A DNA stretch of 64,000 bases from Nitrospinales bacterium. Its GTDB lineage: Bacteria; Nitrospinota; Nitrospinia; Nitrospinales; VA-1. This document shows, piece by piece, positions 29,484-37,565 of this stretch. Every line of letters begins with the position of its first letter. Position 1 is the first letter of the stretch. Location: assembly GCA_965262115.1 (NCBI GenBank), contig OZ253496.1, positions 132,447 through 196,446 of the forward strand, in the 5' to 3' direction. The notes beneath the pieces are model-generated. The model saw only the letters and a list, made by a program, of their open reading frames with translations. It made no database searches and was not told the origin of the DNA. The position numbers and the translations under genes are program-made.

Positions 29484-29502
29484 CCCCCCCCCCCCCCCCC
29501 CC
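29484..29502 (-). repeat. Homopolymer tract: 19 C on plus strand (poly-G in gene sense)
   Basis: Counted directly. Lies 14 nt upstream of the ATG (29469..29467) that opens the signal peptide MVRNPVPPKKVPRCFLASCL..., and inside the longer ORF starting at 29589. Confidence 0.95.
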
Positions 29503-29654
29503 AACGGGGCAAAGCGGGACGTGGGTCGCGCTGAGACCCTCACAGCATGGCTTCTTGTCTAATGCGATATGATAATCTGGTGTTAGCATAATAATTATCC
29601 TTAAAAAAAATAAAGTAGCGCACTGGGGGGTTTATCAGCCGCTTACAACTCAAG

Positions 29655-31217
29655 TCATATTTCGCACAACTCCATCAATGTGGCGGTCCCCGGCAGGTAG
29701 GAAGCCATGTCTCCTTTGGCTTTTCCTTTTAAAAACCCTTGAAGGAACTCCAGAGAAGCCCCTCCGCCAGTGGAGACAAAGAAATTGCTGGAAAAATAAT
29801 TCCACAGTTGATAAGAATCATTTTCAAGGAAGTCGATGGATATCTGGTTTCGATTGATGGTCGAGGGAAAATGTTTTTCAATCTGGACCTTGATCATTTT
29901 TTTCAATTCGGTGATTCCTATTTTGTTCAAGATCGCGGCGGAATCTCCCCCGCCAATAACTACGGACAATTTGGGGTTGCTCAGGGACATCTGAAAAAGC
30001 AATTTGGCTAATTCCAGAGAACCTTCCGCGTAATAGCTGCATGCAGGATGATCGTAGGCTCCCAGAGGCCCGTTCCAGAAAACATTTTTAATATCTTTAA
30101 AAAGGTTTTCAAACTGGCTGATGGTTTTTTCGCCTAAATCGAGCTGGAGCTCTTTGGAAAAGTCGGGGGTTGTTTTATTTTCAAAAATAGTGCTCTGATA
30201 ATCCGTGACGACTTTGTAATCTTCAGGGAGGAGCAGATTGACCTTGTTGATTTCAGCAAGTTCAATGATTTCTTCGGCCAGGCTGATTTCTTTCAGGAGC
30301 TCTTCGTTTTCGGTTTCCTTTTGGCTTAGCAGTTTTGAGGGCAATGTGTCTTTCTGAAAAGGTTGCAGCAATTCCTTTTGCTGTTGCACCAGGAGGAAAG
30401 CATTGGCCATTTTCCCCCCGATTAAAATACTTTTGATTCCGGTAGCGACAAATTGTTTTAAAATCTCAATTTTGTCAGATATTTTTGCCCCGCCTGCTAC
30501 AATCAGCGTTTTTTTAGGCTGGGACAGTATTCTGTCGGCGAATTTTCCAATACGATTGATCTCTTCATAGAGAAGAACGCCGGCAACTACCAGTTTCCCC
30601 TTTTGTCGCATCAGCTGAGGCAAAAGTTTAATGCTTTTTGTAACGCGATGACTGCAGCCGAACGCGCAATTCACATAGACATCAGCAATATCTGCCAATT
30701 TGGTGATGGTTTCGGTGCGGTATAAATCTGTATTTGTTGGATCCAAAAGATAACGCAAATTGGGAAGAAACTTGATTCCTCCCGGTGGAAGACGCTTATG
30801 TGCAACGATTTCCAGAGAATGTTGCATGTGGGCATCAATTGTTTCAGGGGGAAAGATGGTGTAGGTGTCCCCATAAATTCTTCGGATCAAAGTATCGAAG
30901 TGAGAGGAAACAAACTGGATATTGAAGATGCCATCCCAGCCGGAATGATCTTTCGTTTTATGAGGCCGACCAAGGTGTGAACCGATGATGATTCGACAGT
31001 CTCCTTCTGTCAACTCGTGGATTTTTCTGAATGTGAGGTCCAGAAAACGCCGGATTCGGGTATCGTCCGCAACCCGATATAGTCCTTTTGCGGTGGACCG
31101 CAGGGGAACGTTAAAATCGCACCGGATAAAAATGGTCTTGCCTCTTAAATCAGCAGGTTTCAACTTGCCTAGCTGGGTCATTCCTATCGAATTATTGGAG
31201 CCTGAGCCGACCATCAT
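29655..31217 (-). CDS. pgk: Phosphoglycerate kinase, unusually long divergent form
   Basis: FIRCDFNVP, GSHLGRP, AFGCSHR, GGAKISDKI, WNGPLGAYD, GGGDSAA, STGGGASLEFLQG, with several insertions (520 aa in the track). An ATG at 31181 is an alternative start. Confidence 0.8.
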   Translation of the reverse strand: MMVGSGSNNSIGMTQLGKLKPADLRGKTIFIRCDFNVPLRSTAKGLYRVADDTRIRRFLDLTFRKIHELTEGDCRIIIGSHLGRPHKTKDHSGWDGIFNIQFVSSHFDTLIRRIYGDTYTIFPPETIDAHMQHSLEIVAHKRLPPGGIKFLPNLRYLLDPTNTDLYRTETITKLADIADVYVNCAFGCSHRVTKSIKLLPQLMRQKGKLVVAGVLLYEEINRIGKFADRILSQPKKTLIVAGGAKISDKIEILKQFVATGIKSILIGGKMANAFLLVQQQKELLQPFQKDTLPSKLLSQKETENEELLKEISLAEEIIELAEINKVNLLLPEDYKVVTDYQSTIFENKTTPDFSKELQLDLGEKTISQFENLFKDIKNVFWNGPLGAYDHPACSYYAEGSLELAKLLFQMSLSNPKLSVVIGGGDSAAILNKIGITELKKMIKVQIEKHFPSTINRNQISIDFLENDSYQLWNYFSSNFFVSTGGGASLEFLQGFLKGKAKGDMASYLPGTATLMELCEI

Positions 31218-31716
31218 GGTGTTCTATTAGTGAAGCATGGAAGGTTGAAAATCGGTTGTTTTTGGCAGCAAATGCATCAATTCTGCCATATAATTTTTGG
31301 GTCACGACCCCTTCCTTTCAATTTAATAAGAATATTTTCATTCTCTCGGGTAAAAATGATATAGTGTAGGCCTAGAGGCTTGATTTTAAAATAATAATTT
31401 TTGCCGGAATCAACCGGCTTTAGCCATGAGCGAGTTTCTATTGTTCCCCTTTTTAGAGAAATTTATACCAACAAAAGATTTATGGTTTTTATCGAAATTT
31501 AAAAAGAGCCTGGATAACATTTTTATAGACTTTCTGACAGGAACAACCAACCCTAAAACACAGATTTCTTCGTTACTCTACCGAGACCGACAGCCTGTGA
31601 TCCCGACCGAAAAATTGTAAAGGTTAATTTTCCGTATAGCAACCTTTTAAATGCTTGCCCGGTCTTAAAACCTGCCGTTGGTTGTACCTGCCAAACAAAG
31701 TCAGAAAGAATTTATA

Positions 31717-33648
31717 ATGAGAAAAACTAAAACTGCAAAAAAAGTAATGCTGATCAATGCCCAGCATCCTGAAGAATGCCGGGCTGTTGTTTTGGACAAT
31801 AATATCATTGATGACTACATCGTCGAGCATTCCTCCCGGGAGCAAATTAAAGGGAATATTTATTCAGGAGTGATCAACCGGGTCGAGCCTTCCATTGAAG
31901 CGGCTTTTGTCGATTTTGGTGGCAAGAAATACGGTTTTCTGCCCTTCAAGGATGTCTTGAAAGAATCCTATGTGCATACTGGCGAAAAAAAGGCAAAAAT
32001 TAGGATTCAGGATGTTATAATCCGTGGTCAGCGCATTGTGGTTCAGGTTGCGAAAGAGAGCAGGGATGCCAAAGGTCCCTCACTGACCAATGCGATAAGT
32101 TTGGCTGGCAGGTTTTTGGTTTTGATGCAGGGACAGGGGAGTGCGGTATCTCGCAAAATTGAGGATGAAAGCGAAAGGAAAAAACTCAAGGATATCGTTG
32201 CCGGTTTGGAATTGCCGGAGTACCTGGGAGTGATCATTCGTACTGCCGGTGTAGGACAGACCAAGGTCGAATTGCAGAAAGATTTGCAGATGTTGCTGAA
32301 AATCTGGAACAAAGTTGAAGACGCGCCGAAAAATGAATCTGCATCGGGTCCGTTTTTAATTTATCAGGAGCCGGGTTTGGTGGTCAGGACGGTTCGAGAC
32401 CATTTCAGCAGTGATACCTCCCAGATCATTGTGGATAACACGGATTCTTATAAAGCTTTAAAGGATTTTATAAAGCTGGTCATGCCCCGCAACCGAAACC
32501 TGGTTAAGCTCTACAAGGAAACGAAGCCTCTTTTCTCTGAGTACAATGTTGAGGAACAGATTGAATCGATTTACCAGCGCAAGGTTTTATTGCCTTCTGG
32601 TGGTTCCATTGTGATCGATATTGGAGAGGCGATGGTTTCTATCGACGTCAACTCCGGTAAAACCAAAGGCGGCCTGGATCTGGAAGAAACAGCGGTGACG
32701 ACGAATCTTGAAGCGGCCAAGGAAGTTGCCCGACAACTCAGGTTGAGGGATCTGGGAGGGCTGATTGTCATTGATTTTATCGATATGTACCAGAAAAAAA
32801 ACAAGGCCGCTGTTGAAAAACTGATGAAGCAAGAGTGCAAAACGGATAAGGCAAGAATCAACCTTGCCAGAATTTCCAAGTTTGGTTTACTCGAAATGTC
32901 CCGGCAACGGATTTCACCTCCTGTCAAGGAAGGGGTTTTTGCGCAATGCGACCATTGTGCGGGGTCGGGGTTGGTGCGTTCAGTGGACTCTATAATCCTG
33001 AATGTTCTACGGAAAATTCATGAGATCATTGCAACAGGAAAAGTGAAAGTCCTCACTCTGGAAGTATCCCCGGAAATTTCTAATTATATCTTGAATCATA
33101 AAGTCGACGTTCTGGCAGATTTGAAAACCAAACATTTGGTTACTTTCCGATTTCAGATCAAAGATGGTTTGGGTTATAAAGATTTCAAATATACAGTGTC
33201 CGAAGTCTGGGAGGCTGAGAGCGTTCAGGATAAAAAATCTACCGAAAAACCTGTTGAGTCTCCCGAATCCAGCGAAAGGGCTGGACCCGCTGCTCAAGTT
33301 GAAGGCGGGCCGGAGGAGTCAGAAAAGAAGGGGGCCGCAGATGCCAAGCCCAACACGAGAAGAAAATATGCTAATCGAAGACCTTCCACTCGGCGGGGGA
33401 GGCCTCAGAGGGGAAGACGTCGGCGTCCCTACGCAGGGAAAAAGACCGAGGGAGCATCGGTTGATAATGCCAGCTCGGAACCGAAGAATGAGGCCGGCTC
33501 GGGAAACAATGATTTTTTAAAAAGTGATATTCCCGGCGACATCAAATCGCCAATGCCTCCATTGCCGAGACCTTTTGTGAGAGAAAGTCAGGAGGAGCCC
33601 CAGGTATCTAATGAACCGGCTTCTCCAACAGATGTGGCAGGGGACTGA
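31717..33648 (+). CDS. rne: Ribonuclease E/G family endoribonuclease with Arg-rich C-terminal tail
   Basis: MLINAQHPEECRAVVLDNN, S1 domain (GNIYSGVINRVEPSIEAAFVDFG), IDVNSGK catalytic segment, zinc-link-like CDHCAGSG. Basic RRGRPQRGRRRRP tail. Confidence 0.9.
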   Translation: MRKTKTAKKVMLINAQHPEECRAVVLDNNIIDDYIVEHSSREQIKGNIYSGVINRVEPSIEAAFVDFGGKKYGFLPFKDVLKESYVHTGEKKAKIRIQDVIIRGQRIVVQVAKESRDAKGPSLTNAISLAGRFLVLMQGQGSAVSRKIEDESERKKLKDIVAGLELPEYLGVIIRTAGVGQTKVELQKDLQMLLKIWNKVEDAPKNESASGPFLIYQEPGLVVRTVRDHFSSDTSQIIVDNTDSYKALKDFIKLVMPRNRNLVKLYKETKPLFSEYNVEEQIESIYQRKVLLPSGGSIVIDIGEAMVSIDVNSGKTKGGLDLEETAVTTNLEAAKEVARQLRLRDLGGLIVIDFIDMYQKKNKAAVEKLMKQECKTDKARINLARISKFGLLEMSRQRISPPVKEGVFAQCDHCAGSGLVRSVDSIILNVLRKIHEIIATGKVKVLTLEVSPEISNYILNHKVDVLADLKTKHLVTFRFQIKDGLGYKDFKYTVSEVWEAESVQDKKSTEKPVESPESSERAGPAAQVEGGPEESEKKGAADAKPNTRRKYANRRPSTRRGRPQRGRRRRPYAGKKTEGASVDNASSEPKNEAGSGNNDFLKSDIPGDIKSPMPPLPRPFVRESQEEPQVSNEPASPTDVAGD

Positions 33649-33655
33649 ACCCTTC

Positions 33656-34387
33656 TCAGGCAGTTTTTGCGCAACGAAAACCGGTGTCCCAGAACCTCAT
33701 TTCAGGGGGTGAAATATTCCGGTAGGGAAGCATTGTGAACTCTTTCATAAAGCCGTGCTTGCGTTTATGAATCGAGCCTCCGCGCGTGACCTTGAACTTT
33801 TTACCGTAATTTTTATCATGGTGATTGGAGTTGGGGTAGGGTTGGTACCAGCTTGAAGTCCATTCCGAGACATTGCCGTTCATTCCCCAGATACGATAAC
33901 TACTGACATCTCCCTTGAGAGAATTTACGGGCAGGACTTGTTTGCCGAAATTAGCGGTGCCCTTTTCGAAATCGTTGCCCCATACGAAAAGTCGATTGTC
34001 GCTACCGCGACCCGCCTTTTCCCATTCGTATTCTGTCGGCAGGCGTTTGTCGATCCAATGACAATAGGCTTCGGCCTCATATCCGCTGACACCGCGGACG
34101 GGTAAATTCGTTTGCCGGGTTGGATATTTGGCCTGAGGCTTGAACTTCATAAACTCTTCATAGGTCACTTCAAATTGATCTATATAAAAGGCTTTTAAAA
34201 AATACTGTTGCTCGGGCTGGGCGTTGAGGGAGGCCGTTTTGTCTGACATGAACTGCAGGAGATTGCTTTGAGGATTAAGCCCCAGAGTGAATTTGCCTTC
34301 GGGAATAAGAATCATTGTGGCATGTTTCTCACTCTCGCAAGAAACAAGAAATATTAAAGCAAGTAAAATGGAGAATAATTTATTCAA
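33656..34387 (-). CDS. Lipoprotein with formylglycine-generating-enzyme family domain (paralogue of 23873..24655)
   Basis: Lipobox LVSCES. MILIPEGKF, FYIDQFEVT, VSGYEAEAYC, NGNVSEWT, RGGS, GFRCAK. Confidence 0.8.
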   Translation of the reverse strand: MNKLFSILLALIFLVSCESEKHATMILIPEGKFTLGLNPQSNLLQFMSDKTASLNAQPEQQYFLKAFYIDQFEVTYEEFMKFKPQAKYPTRQTNLPVRGVSGYEAEAYCHWIDKRLPTEYEWEKAGRGSDNRLFVWGNDFEKGTANFGKQVLPVNSLKGDVSSYRIWGMNGNVSEWTSSWYQPYPNSNHHDKNYGKKFKVTRGGSIHKRKHGFMKEFTMLPYRNISPPEMRFWDTGFRCAKTA

Positions 34388-35096
34388 TTATTTTTTCTGG
34401 AGATCGGGCATTCTTTGCAAGACGGGTGTCGGGAAATATTTTAGAACCGGGTTCAGCTAAAATATATTCAATCGTGAGGCAGGCCGCTTGTTCCCGGGTG
34501 CACATCATGGAACGGCATTCCTGATCCTTCTGGCCGCAGTAGTAGTTCAGAATCCTCATTTTCATAAAGATGCCATTGTTTAATTTTAGTGCGTAAACGT
34601 TTCTCTTGGATTCGATGTTGTGGGTTCTTGTGCGGTAATTGTACCAGCCTGCCAATTCCTTGTTGATTAAATTGCCTAGTGACCGGTGGTCTTGCACATA
34701 GCCAGTTTTAGGAGCGGTTTTAACATCGTCAAAGTTGATGGGGCCGAGGTTGATGACTCCGGTTTTCCCCGACGGGTTGGTTTTCCCACCATTGGAGATG
34801 ATTTTTGTCCGGCTGAACCCTAAGTCCCAACCCACCCGATTCAATTTATTTGTTTCCGCTTCGGCTTCAGAAATTTTCAGGGTTTTTCCAGAGCTGAACT
34901 CCACTAACACCCAAGTGTTTCTTTCTTTGGCATTAACCTTGATAATGGGATTGTTAGTGCTGATCTTTTTGATCTTTTTCGGAGGAAGTGGAACAGTTTC
35001 AAAATCTGCTATATTGTCCTCCATATAATTCAGGGTGGTGTGAAACAAGAGGGTCGCTCCGAGGAGCATTAAGAATATACGTGGTGTGGGGTTCAT
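34380..35096 (-). CDS. Secreted hypothetical protein, possibly HmuY-like fold
   Basis: Signal/anchor helix. The WDLGFSRTKIISNGG segment resembles HmuY-family motifs. Overlaps the downstream FGE-like gene by 8 nt. Confidence 0.4.
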   Translation of the reverse strand: MNPTPRIFLMLLGATLLFHTTLNYMEDNIADFETVPLPPKKIKKISTNNPIIKVNAKERNTWVLVEFSSGKTLKISEAEAETNKLNRVGWDLGFSRTKIISNGGKTNPSGKTGVINLGPINFDDVKTAPKTGYVQDHRSLGNLINKELAGWYNYRTRTHNIESKRNVYALKLNNGIFMKMRILNYYCGQKDQECRSMMCTREQAACLTIEYILAEPGSKIFPDTRLAKNARSPEKIIE

Positions 35097-35228
35097 AGGC
35101 CTATTTTAACATAGCCTCTTGCTGGCATTTTCGGTTAAACCTGGAAAACCAAGGCATATTATCGATTATTAATTGTCTGTCAGAATAATACAGCTATTTA
35201 TAATAAATACAATAGCTTGTGAAAACCT

Positions 35229-35924
35229 TTGCTTTTACTGTTTTTTCCTTTAATGTATAATTGGATTATGGGCATAAAAAGGCAAAAAATGGGTGACGAG
35301 AGACATTTTGAATTTAAAAAAGTACAAATCGATAATTTTTTAAAGGTAGAATTAAAAAAAAAATTCAAAAGTAGCGCTAAAATTTCCCTCCGAAAAAGAC
35401 AGAAATTTATAGGGGAGGTGACCCGCAAAATTGCCAAGCGGTTTGGCAAAGATGTGTTGGTGCTGATTGACTTCTCGAAAAATGGTTTTTGTGCTGTAGT
35501 TTCCCCAGCCCAAACAGAATCGACCGAAAAGGGAAAGCTGATTAGATCCTTTTCTCATCCCCATGTATTTTATACCTCGCATTGCGTCGATCGTTTCAGC
35601 GAAAGAACGCAATCCCATGAGAATTGTGTTATCACGCTGGATGCATTTTTCAATAAGGCGCTATCCACTTATGGGGAAAATGATGGGTTTCTGACTTGTC
35701 CTGATGGGGTTTTTGCATATGATTTAATTGAAGAACGCCTGATTGTAAAAACCTATATTAATTTAGACCTTTTATCTGACGACCAGATAAAGCAGTTTTA
35801 TGGTTCTGGCATGATTTCAATGCTTCCCAAGGAATACGCTACAGAGGATGTCTTTGGCGCGGATTTTATTCTTGGGGATGAACACGATGAGTTTTTAGAC
35901 AAACCTGGTAATGAGAGCCTTTAG
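35229..35924 (+). CDS. Hypothetical protein
   Basis: 231-aa ORF. Later ATGs (35268, 35289) are plausible starts. No clear family; contains HVFYTSHCVDRFSERT. Confidence 0.5.
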   Translation: MLLLFFPLMYNWIMGIKRQKMGDERHFEFKKVQIDNFLKVELKKKFKSSAKISLRKRQKFIGEVTRKIAKRFGKDVLVLIDFSKNGFCAVVSPAQTESTEKGKLIRSFSHPHVFYTSHCVDRFSERTQSHENCVITLDAFFNKALSTYGENDGFLTCPDGVFAYDLIEERLIVKTYINLDLLSDDQIKQFYGSGMISMLPKEYATEDVFGADFILGDEHDEFLDKPGNESL

Positions 35925-35994
35925 ACCGACACCGCATTTTTTATTTCTTCATATTTTTACCACCTGAAATATCCATCTCAATTTTATTCAGAGA

Positions 35995-36651
35995 ATGATC
36001 CAGTTATTCAATGTTATTAAAAAATATGGCAGTGGTAGTCCAGCACTGGATGATATCTCTCTCAGAATTGAAAAGGGAGAGTTCGTATTTTTAACGGGTC
36101 CGAGTGGAGCTGGAAAAACGACCATTCTGAAAATTCTTTTCGGATGGGAACATTTTGAGGAGGGTCAGGTTTTGGTGCAGGGAATCAACGTTGGGAAGCT
36201 GAATGCGGGAAATATGCATATTCTAAGGCGATCCGTCGGGGTGATTTTTCAAGATTATAAGCTTCTGGCCAATAAAACAGCCTTTGAAAATGTTGCGTTT
36301 GCCCAAGAAGTCACGAACCGCAATCGAAAAACAATTAAATTTAAAACATGGGAGGTTCTAAAGAATGTAGGGCTGACTTCCAAAAAGGATTCCTTTCCTC
36401 CCCAGCTTTCCGGAGGAGAGCAACAACGCGTGGCCATTGCCCGGGCGATGGTGAATGCCCCCAAAATCATTTTAGCCGATGAACCCACCGGTAATCTGGA
36501 TGAGGAAATTTCTCTTGAGATTTTAAAGCTTTTTGAAGAGCTGAACCGCAATGGAGCGACCATTGTATTTGCAACGCACAGTCAGGATATTTTGAAATTG
36601 GGAAATCATCGAGTTGTTGTTTTCAATCGCGGAAAGGTTATCTCATCGTGA
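35995..36651 (+). CDS. ftsE: Cell-division ABC ATPase FtsE
   Basis: Walker [10 protein letters not shown], signature LSGGEQQR, Walker [12 protein letters not shown]. Followed by ftsX. Confidence 0.92.
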   Translation: MIQLFNVIKKYGSGSPALDDISLRIEKGEFVFLTGPSGAGKTTILKILFGWEHFEEGQVLVQGINVGKLNAGNMHILRRSVGVIFQDYKLLANKTAFENVAFAQEVTNRNRKTIKFKTWEVLKNVGLTSKKDSFPPQLSGGEQQRVAIARAMVNAPKIILADEPTGNLDEEISLEILKLFEELNRNGATIVFATHSQDILKLGNHRVVVFNRGKVISS

Positions 36652-37565
36652 ACTCAATAATCCAAGCGTTGTTAATTGGTTTTCTGGCAACGATTGCGAA
36701 TGTTCGTGCGAATGTGCAAACCTTCCTGATTTCCGTTATGACCATTGCTATTTCGATAGGAATTTTTGGGCTTTTCCTTATTATATTTTTTAACTTGAAT
36801 GGATTTTTGGCGAGCTGGAATCAGCAGGTTCAATTAATCGTTTACTTGCAGGACGATATATCACGCGCCCAAAAAGGGAATCTGGAAGACCTGTTTAAAA
36901 CCAATTCAAGGGTTCAATCGACGGAAGAAGTTACCAAAGATCAGGCCTGGCAGGAATTCAGGCTCAGCCAAGCGGAGAAATCAGGTTTGGAGCTTGACCT
37001 GGGTTTTAATCCGCTACCCGGTTCTTACAGAGTTCGTTTTAAGATGTCTGATAACCGCCTGTTGCATATCAGCAAATTTGCGGAAAAAATCCAGAGTGAG
37101 CCAGGTGTTGAATCCGTGGAATATGGCAAAATCTGGATCAGTCGTTTTGAAAAGTTTATAGTTTTCTGCCGCGTTTTTCTGATGGCGACAGGGGCTTTGC
37201 TAAGTTTTGGGTTGATACTGATTATTTCTAACACCATTCGACTTTCCATTTACTCCCGGCAGGATGAGATTGAATTGATGCTGTTAATCGGAGCGACTCC
37301 CCAGTTTGTCAAGATCCCTTTTTTGCTGGAAGGAATGTTGCAGGGCTTGTCAGGTTCCTTGCTTTCCCTGGGGTTGATGGGGATTATTTATTATTACTTA
37401 AGGAACGAATTCCAAACTTCCATAGAGTCCATTGCGAGGGGAATGGACTTTCAGTTTATCCCAGAGCCATTTCTGTTAATTCTTGTTGGATCGAGTGTGT
37501 TGATTGGATTGGTTGCCAGCTATATCTCGACCTATCAATATATGCAGGTTTTAAATAGAAGATGA
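36648..37565 (+). CDS. ftsX: Cell-division permease-like protein FtsX
   Basis: TM1, periplasmic domain, then three C-terminal TM helices. 4-nt overlap with ftsE. Confidence 0.88.
   Translation: MNSIIQALLIGFLATIANVRANVQTFLISVMTIAISIGIFGLFLIIFFNLNGFLASWNQQVQLIVYLQDDISRAQKGNLEDLFKTNSRVQSTEEVTKDQAWQEFRLSQAEKSGLELDLGFNPLPGSYRVRFKMSDNRLLHISKFAEKIQSEPGVESVEYGKIWISRFEKFIVFCRVFLMATGALLSFGLILIISNTIRLSIYSRQDEIELMLLIGATPQFVKIPFLLEGMLQGLSGSLLSLGLMGIIYYYLRNEFQTSIESIARGMDFQFIPEPFLLILVGSSVLIGLVASYISTYQYMQVLNRR

Noticed and set aside
25549-29572. Many plus-strand ORFs (60-190 aa) inside the GC-rich island
   Set aside because: High GC content suppresses stop codons in all frames. The products are Arg/Gly/Pro-rich with no domains, while the minus strand carries clearly recognisable adhesin domains.
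31258-31275. Sigma54-like TGGCAG...TGCA motif in the pgk-rne intergenic region
   Set aside because: The GG-to-GC spacing is 10 nt rather than the required 12.
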